Shown here in pieces: positions 60,150 through 64,000 of a stretch of DNA of 64,000 nucleotides (position 1 is the first letter of the stretch; each line of letters starts with the position of its first letter). Under the pieces are notes generated by a model. It ran no database searches. It saw nothing but the letters and a program-made list of their open reading frames with translations, and was not told where the DNA came from. The position numbers were made by a program, and so were the translations under genes. The stretch is from Spirochaetia bacterium (GTDB lineage Bacteria; Spirochaetota; Spirochaetia; DSM-2461). The stretch lies in assembly GCA_963668315.1 (NCBI GenBank), contig OY764216.1, positions 3,264,001 through 3,328,000 on the forward strand, given 5' to 3'.

Positions 60150-61439
60150 ATGACCAAAGAAGAACGAGAAAAAGTAGCCGCCTTCCGGTTTTCTGTGATC
60201 TATCCTTTACTGGATCTGAGCAGAGAAGATTGGGGTATGCAAAGGGATGTCCTTGATAAATTGACGGCTAGGGAGTGGAATATCCCTTTTTCCACCCGTA
60301 CCTATATCAGCCGCGCGACTATCCTCAGTTGGCTCAGAAAGTATGAATCCAGCGGTCGGCAAATAGAGAGTCTGCATCCCAAAAGCCGGGGGGACCAGGG
60401 CGGATGCCGCATTATGGACAGGGAAACAGAACTGGCCTTCATTAATCTGAGAAAGGATTTTATGAAGGCATCCGTTCCCGTCTTGATGAGGCTGGCCCGG
60501 CAAAGAAATGTACTTCCTCCCGACTTCAACGCCTCCTCCCAATCCATCTATAGAATTCTGAAAAAACATGGACTGGGTAAGGAGAGGAAGCAGAAGGAAG
60601 ATATGTTGAAGTTCGAAGTGGAGTTTCCCAATGACCTCTGGCAATCGGACTGTATGCACGGTCCTTATGTCATTCATGAGGGCCGCCGTAGAAAATCCTA
60701 TATGTTCGCCATCATCGACGATCATTCCCGTCTTATTCCCCATGCCCAGTTCTATCTACGGGAGAATGTGGACAATTTTATCGACTGTATGAAGAAAGCC
60801 CTGGTTAAGCGTGGCCTTCCCCGTAAACTCTACACGGACAACGGCGCTTATTTCAAATCCCATAAGCTTCAATACGGTTGCGCTTCTCTGGGGATTGTTC
60901 TGACGTATGCGAAGCCCTACCGCCCTCAAGGGAAAGGGAAAATCGAAAGATTTAACAGGACGGTCAGGATGGAGGTTCTTCAAGCCCTTCCGGAAGAACT
61001 GACATTGGAGGAATTGAACGGGCATCTCGCTGCTTTCATTGATGAGAATTATCATATTAGGAAACACTCTTCAATCCGGGAGAAACCTCTGGACCGTTAT
61101 TTGAAATCACTAACCCTTCTTCGATCGGCTCCGGAGAATCTGAATGATTATTTTCGTAAGAGACTGCTCAGAACGGTAACCAATGACAGATCGGTCAGTA
61201 TCGAGGGAAAACTATACCAGGCACCCATCGGTCTGGCAGGGCAGAAGGTCTACCTCTCTTACGATGAATCGGATATGAGCCGGGTAGAAATCTTTATTGC
61301 CGATAAATCCAGAGGATTTCTTAAACCTATGGACGTGCATATCAATAGCCAGGTCAAACGTTCAGAGATTCAAGCTGATCTGAATTCCAATCCCTATAGC
61401 GGCGGACAACTATTCTCGGAGGAAGAAAACGATGATTGA
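60150..61439 (+). CDS. DDE integrase/transposase (rve + Mu-like C-terminus)
   Basis: WQSDCMHG, IIDDHSR, YTDNG, QGKGKIERF. Confidence 0.9.
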   Translation: MTKEEREKVAAFRFSVIYPLLDLSREDWGMQRDVLDKLTAREWNIPFSTRTYISRATILSWLRKYESSGRQIESLHPKSRGDQGGCRIMDRETELAFINLRKDFMKASVPVLMRLARQRNVLPPDFNASSQSIYRILKKHGLGKERKQKEDMLKFEVEFPNDLWQSDCMHGPYVIHEGRRRKSYMFAIIDDHSRLIPHAQFYLRENVDNFIDCMKKALVKRGLPRKLYTDNGAYFKSHKLQYGCASLGIVLTYAKPYRPQGKGKIERFNRTVRMEVLQALPEELTLEELNGHLAAFIDENYHIRKHSSIREKPLDRYLKSLTLLRSAPENLNDYFRKRLLRTVTNDRSVSIEGKLYQAPIGLAGQKVYLSYDESDMSRVEIFIADKSRGFLKPMDVHINSQVKRSEIQADLNSNPYSGGQLFSEEENDD

Positions 61440-62235
61440 TATAAAGCATTTTTACGGATTAACACAGGAGCCCTATTCTCAGAAAATCAAATTGGATGAT
61501 CTCTATATGCTGCCTGGACTACCGCCCCTTTTGGACAGATTTGAATACGCCGTAAAGCTGGGAGCTATCTCTCTCATCACTGGGGAAGTAGGATCCGGGA
61601 AATCCACATCTCTGAGATTGGCGTGTAGTAAGTTCCACCCGGGGAAGTACAAGATTATCTCGCTGGTCGCTACATCGGGCAGTATGATGGAGCTTTTACG
61701 GCAGTTTCTTATGGAGTTTGGGGAGGAGTACCGTTCATTTCAGCTGGCTATCGCGATGAAAAATGTCCGGGATATCATAAAAGACATTGCTTCAAAGAAA
61801 AAAGTCCCCATTCTCGTTATAGATGAAGCCCATCTTCTTAAGTCCAAGGTCTTCAACCAGCTTCATACTCTCTGTCAGTTTGATTTTGATTCAAACCCGA
61901 TTATGCCCATAATTCTCTGCGGGCAGGACGGGCTCATAGACAAACTCATGGCTATTTCCGCCAAACCCCTGGCATCGCGTATCGTGGGGCGCTCCCATTT
62001 GGACAGTCTGAATCTGAAGCATATGAAAGGATACCTGGAACATCATCTTCATCTGGCCGGGATGGAGAAGCCCCTATTCGCAGATGAAGCCATTCTTGCT
62101 ATCCATCAAACATCGGGAGGACTTCTAAGACGGGCTAACACCATCGCCAGGGGAGCTATGATGGCGGCGGCGAAAGAAAAAAGTCAGCTCGTTTCCGCGG
62201 AACATGTTCGCATCGCTCAGACCGAAATCATCTAA
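61432..62235 (+). CDS. ExeA-family AAA ATPase
   Basis: GEVGSGKS, VIDEAH, LCGQ. Confidence 0.88.
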   Translation: MIDIKHFYGLTQEPYSQKIKLDDLYMLPGLPPLLDRFEYAVKLGAISLITGEVGSGKSTSLRLACSKFHPGKYKIISLVATSGSMMELLRQFLMEFGEEYRSFQLAIAMKNVRDIIKDIASKKKVPILVIDEAHLLKSKVFNQLHTLCQFDFDSNPIMPIILCGQDGLIDKLMAISAKPLASRIVGRSHLDSLNLKHMKGYLEHHLHLAGMEKPLFADEAILAIHQTSGGLLRRANTIARGAMMAAAKEKSQLVSAEHVRIAQTEII

Positions 62236-62249
62236 CAGGAGGAAGCCGT

Positions 62250-62555
62250 ATGGATAATGGGAAAACTTTTTTTCGCTTTACTCCTCCTGAAACTTATCTT
62301 TTCATGGAGAAAACCAGGCAGGTAGCCTATATGTTGTGGGGTAGGTGGTGCCATGAGAAATATGAAGAGGTCAGTCGGTTTTTGGATCTGACGTTTAAGG
62401 TCTCGCCGGTGAGAATGGAGGCAGCCTGTGAGAGAGCTCTCTATTATGGAAAGGTCTCTGTACCGGTAATTGAGGAGATACTTGAGAAGGAGTGGGATGA
62501 ACTTTCTCTTGATCCTGATGCGGATTTTGACGGACAGTTAAGTTTGCCGTTCTAA
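62250..62555 (+). CDS. Small protein resembling the IS21 IstA C-terminal helical region
   Basis: RMEAACERALYYG...VIEEILEKEWD; AGGAGG RBS. Confidence 0.55.
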   Translation: MDNGKTFFRFTPPETYLFMEKTRQVAYMLWGRWCHEKYEEVSRFLDLTFKVSPVRMEAACERALYYGKVSVPVIEEILEKEWDELSLDPDADFDGQLSLPF

Positions 62556-62647
62556 GATTTATGGCTTCCCTTTCGGGGAAGCTGTTAAAATAATTTGGAT
62601 TCCAGAATAATCTGGAAGTTTTGGTCAGGATAATGTGTGATTCAACA

Positions 62648-62838
62648 GCACCGCAATCGGGGCAACGGTAGCGCTTTATCCAGAGGGCCAGAGGGAATCC
62701 ATAGAAATATCTTGGGACAAATCCGTGACCCCAGAGGCGTATCCCCTGGCAGGAGGGACATCGTCCCGGCTTCTTCCAGGGAAATTCTTTACCAAAGGCT
62801 TGAAGTTTTTCCAAATTTATCCGAATAATAAGTAACAG
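62648..62838 (-). pseudogene. Zn-finger accessory gene of the outer element, 5' part
   Basis: CPSC...WGHGF...RYRCPDCGA; AGGGAG RBS before a CTG codon at 62838. Confidence 0.75.
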
Positions 62839-63060
62839 ATTTGTCTCCCTTCGCGGGGGGATTTTCAGTAAGGGAGCAAGTGAACATTTGGTCGTGGGCA
62901 CTGCTCCTTTTTTTATGTTCGGATAAAATGAGAAATGTCTGTTATCTGTTGTAAGAAAAAGTTTAACTCAAAGAGAAATATTCATGGATGTCTGAGGCAG
63001 GATAATGTGAGAAATTACAGTAGTGTGTTTATCTGTTTGGAGAAGAGGAGTCAATTCCTG

Positions 63061-64000
63061 CTACTCTTCCATAAGTTCCTTCAGTTCTTCCAGAAGAGGA
63101 TTGCCCGGTTCTTCTTTCATAAACACATTCAAGTGTTCCATGGCTCTTGTTAATGCTACATAAAGCAGATTCCGTGATTGTTTCCGGGCGGTCTCTTCGG
63201 ATAAGCCGGACGTATTAATCGTCAATCGGGGAAGAAAAAGCATGGTAACGGGCAAATCCAGCCCCTTACAGGCATGGATCGTGGAAAGACGAATTCCGGG
63301 AGTCTCATCAAAGGAGAAATTCTTATCACTGATATTGGCCGATTCCCATCCTGCCCCCGTAAGTCTCTCCGCCGTCCGGTCAATCATTTTATTTTCCGGA
63401 ACCAGAATACAGATATTTTCCTTGTCATAGTTCAGCAGGGTAATATAGGCCCGGATCTTATTGATCATTTGCTCATAAAGGTCTTCCGATCTCTCTCCCA
63501 GATACAGTTCAGGATGGGGTCCTTCACGAAAGGCATTGGGGGCAATCTCTCTATCAGGCTTTTCCGCTTCAGAGTTTTTTATCCCTAAGCGCAGTTTTTC
63601 TGCCAGCCTATGGATAGGAAGGGTGTTGCGATAATTATGTTTGAGAATCTTTGTCCGGCCGGATAAGGCCAGCCCGGCCCGGGCATAGGGAGATTGTATC
63701 CCGTAGATAGTCTGGTCCCCATCTCCCGCCATAATCAGACTGATGCGGGCCAGTTGCTTATAGATCCTCAATTCCACAACGGAAAGATCCTGGGATTCAT
63801 CGATAAAAATATAATCGGTTTGAGGTACGGGACAGCTCTCTAGAAGAAGTTTTCGGGATAATCCCTTGGAAACGACGCCTTCATCAAGCATGATATTTTC
63901 CCACTCTTCCTTTATTTCCCAGAGCTCTTCCCGTTCCTTCTGAGTAAGACGTATCTTTAATCCACGTCGGGCTATCATATTCTCTATATACTCTTCCCGG
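63061..64000 (-). CDS. UvrD/SF1 helicase C-terminal part (likely continues beyond window)
   Basis: IFIDESQD, GDGDQTIY, NYRNT, STIHACKGLD, LYVALTRA. Confidence 0.88.
   Translation of the reverse strand, partial: REEYIENMIARRGLKIRLTQKEREELWEIKEEWENIMLDEGVVSKGLSRKLLLESCPVPQTDYIFIDESQDLSVVELRIYKQLARISLIMAGDGDQTIYGIQSPYARAGLALSGRTKILKHNYRNTLPIHRLAEKLRLGIKNSEAEKPDREIAPNAFREGPHPELYLGERSEDLYEQMINKIRAYITLLNYDKENICILVPENKMIDRTAERLTGAGWESANISDKNFSFDETPGIRLSTIHACKGLDLPVTMLFLPRLTINTSGLSEETARKQSRNLLYVALTRAMEHLNVFMKEEPGNPLLEELKELMEE

Larger units (their letters stand above)
59466..62647 (+). mobile_element. Inner Zn-finger/DDE/ExeA transposon (3182 bp)
   Basis: Ends TGTAGAATCCAACATTAATCT / AGGATAATGTGTGATTCAACA; 5-bp duplication GCACC at 59461-59465 and 62648-62652. 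Confidence 0.88.
56949..63019 (-). mobile_element. Outer Zn-finger/DDE/ExeA-ATPase transposon
   Basis: Perfect 22-bp IRs TGTAATTTCTCACATTATCCTG / CAGGATAATGTGAGAAATTACA; GTAG on both flanks. Confidence 0.85.

Noticed and set aside
56949..63019. CRISPR-associated or Tn7-like targeted transposon
   Set aside because: No Cas, TnsA or recognisable TniQ/TnsD gene; only Zn-finger, DDE and ExeA genes.

Overview
Bacterial chromosome window; the host is not identifiable from the sequence alone. Left part (1-~22.8 kb) is GC-richer backbone: a metallophosphoesterase, a sigma-54-preceded Nif11-like small protein, etfBA plus acyl-CoA dehydrogenase convergent on a fatty-acid operon (acyl-CoA ligase, crotonase, 3-hydroxyacyl-CoA dehydrogenase, ACP, two thiolases), GH3/AraC, three diguanylate cyclases, a flavoprotein and TetR. 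Right part (~22.9-64 kb) is a layered accessory/defence region. It has two WYL regulators, a translationally coupled PLD / YwbE-MIT_C / SF2 helicase / MORC-GHKL module, and an sspABCD-sspE DNA phosphorothioation locus with a convergent PT-associated methyltransferase. sspE is split by a 9-kb IS3 composite element with a 3-bp GAT target duplication, which carries an integrase-less integron cassette array (4 attC sites; TIR/NDT-like, Fic, membrane protein, AIPR, Fic). The right end holds two related Zn-finger/DDE/ExeA transposons, one nested in the other, inside an AddA-type nuclease remnant. No rRNA, tRNA or CRISPR array was seen. All family assignments come from motifs read by eye; no database search was run.
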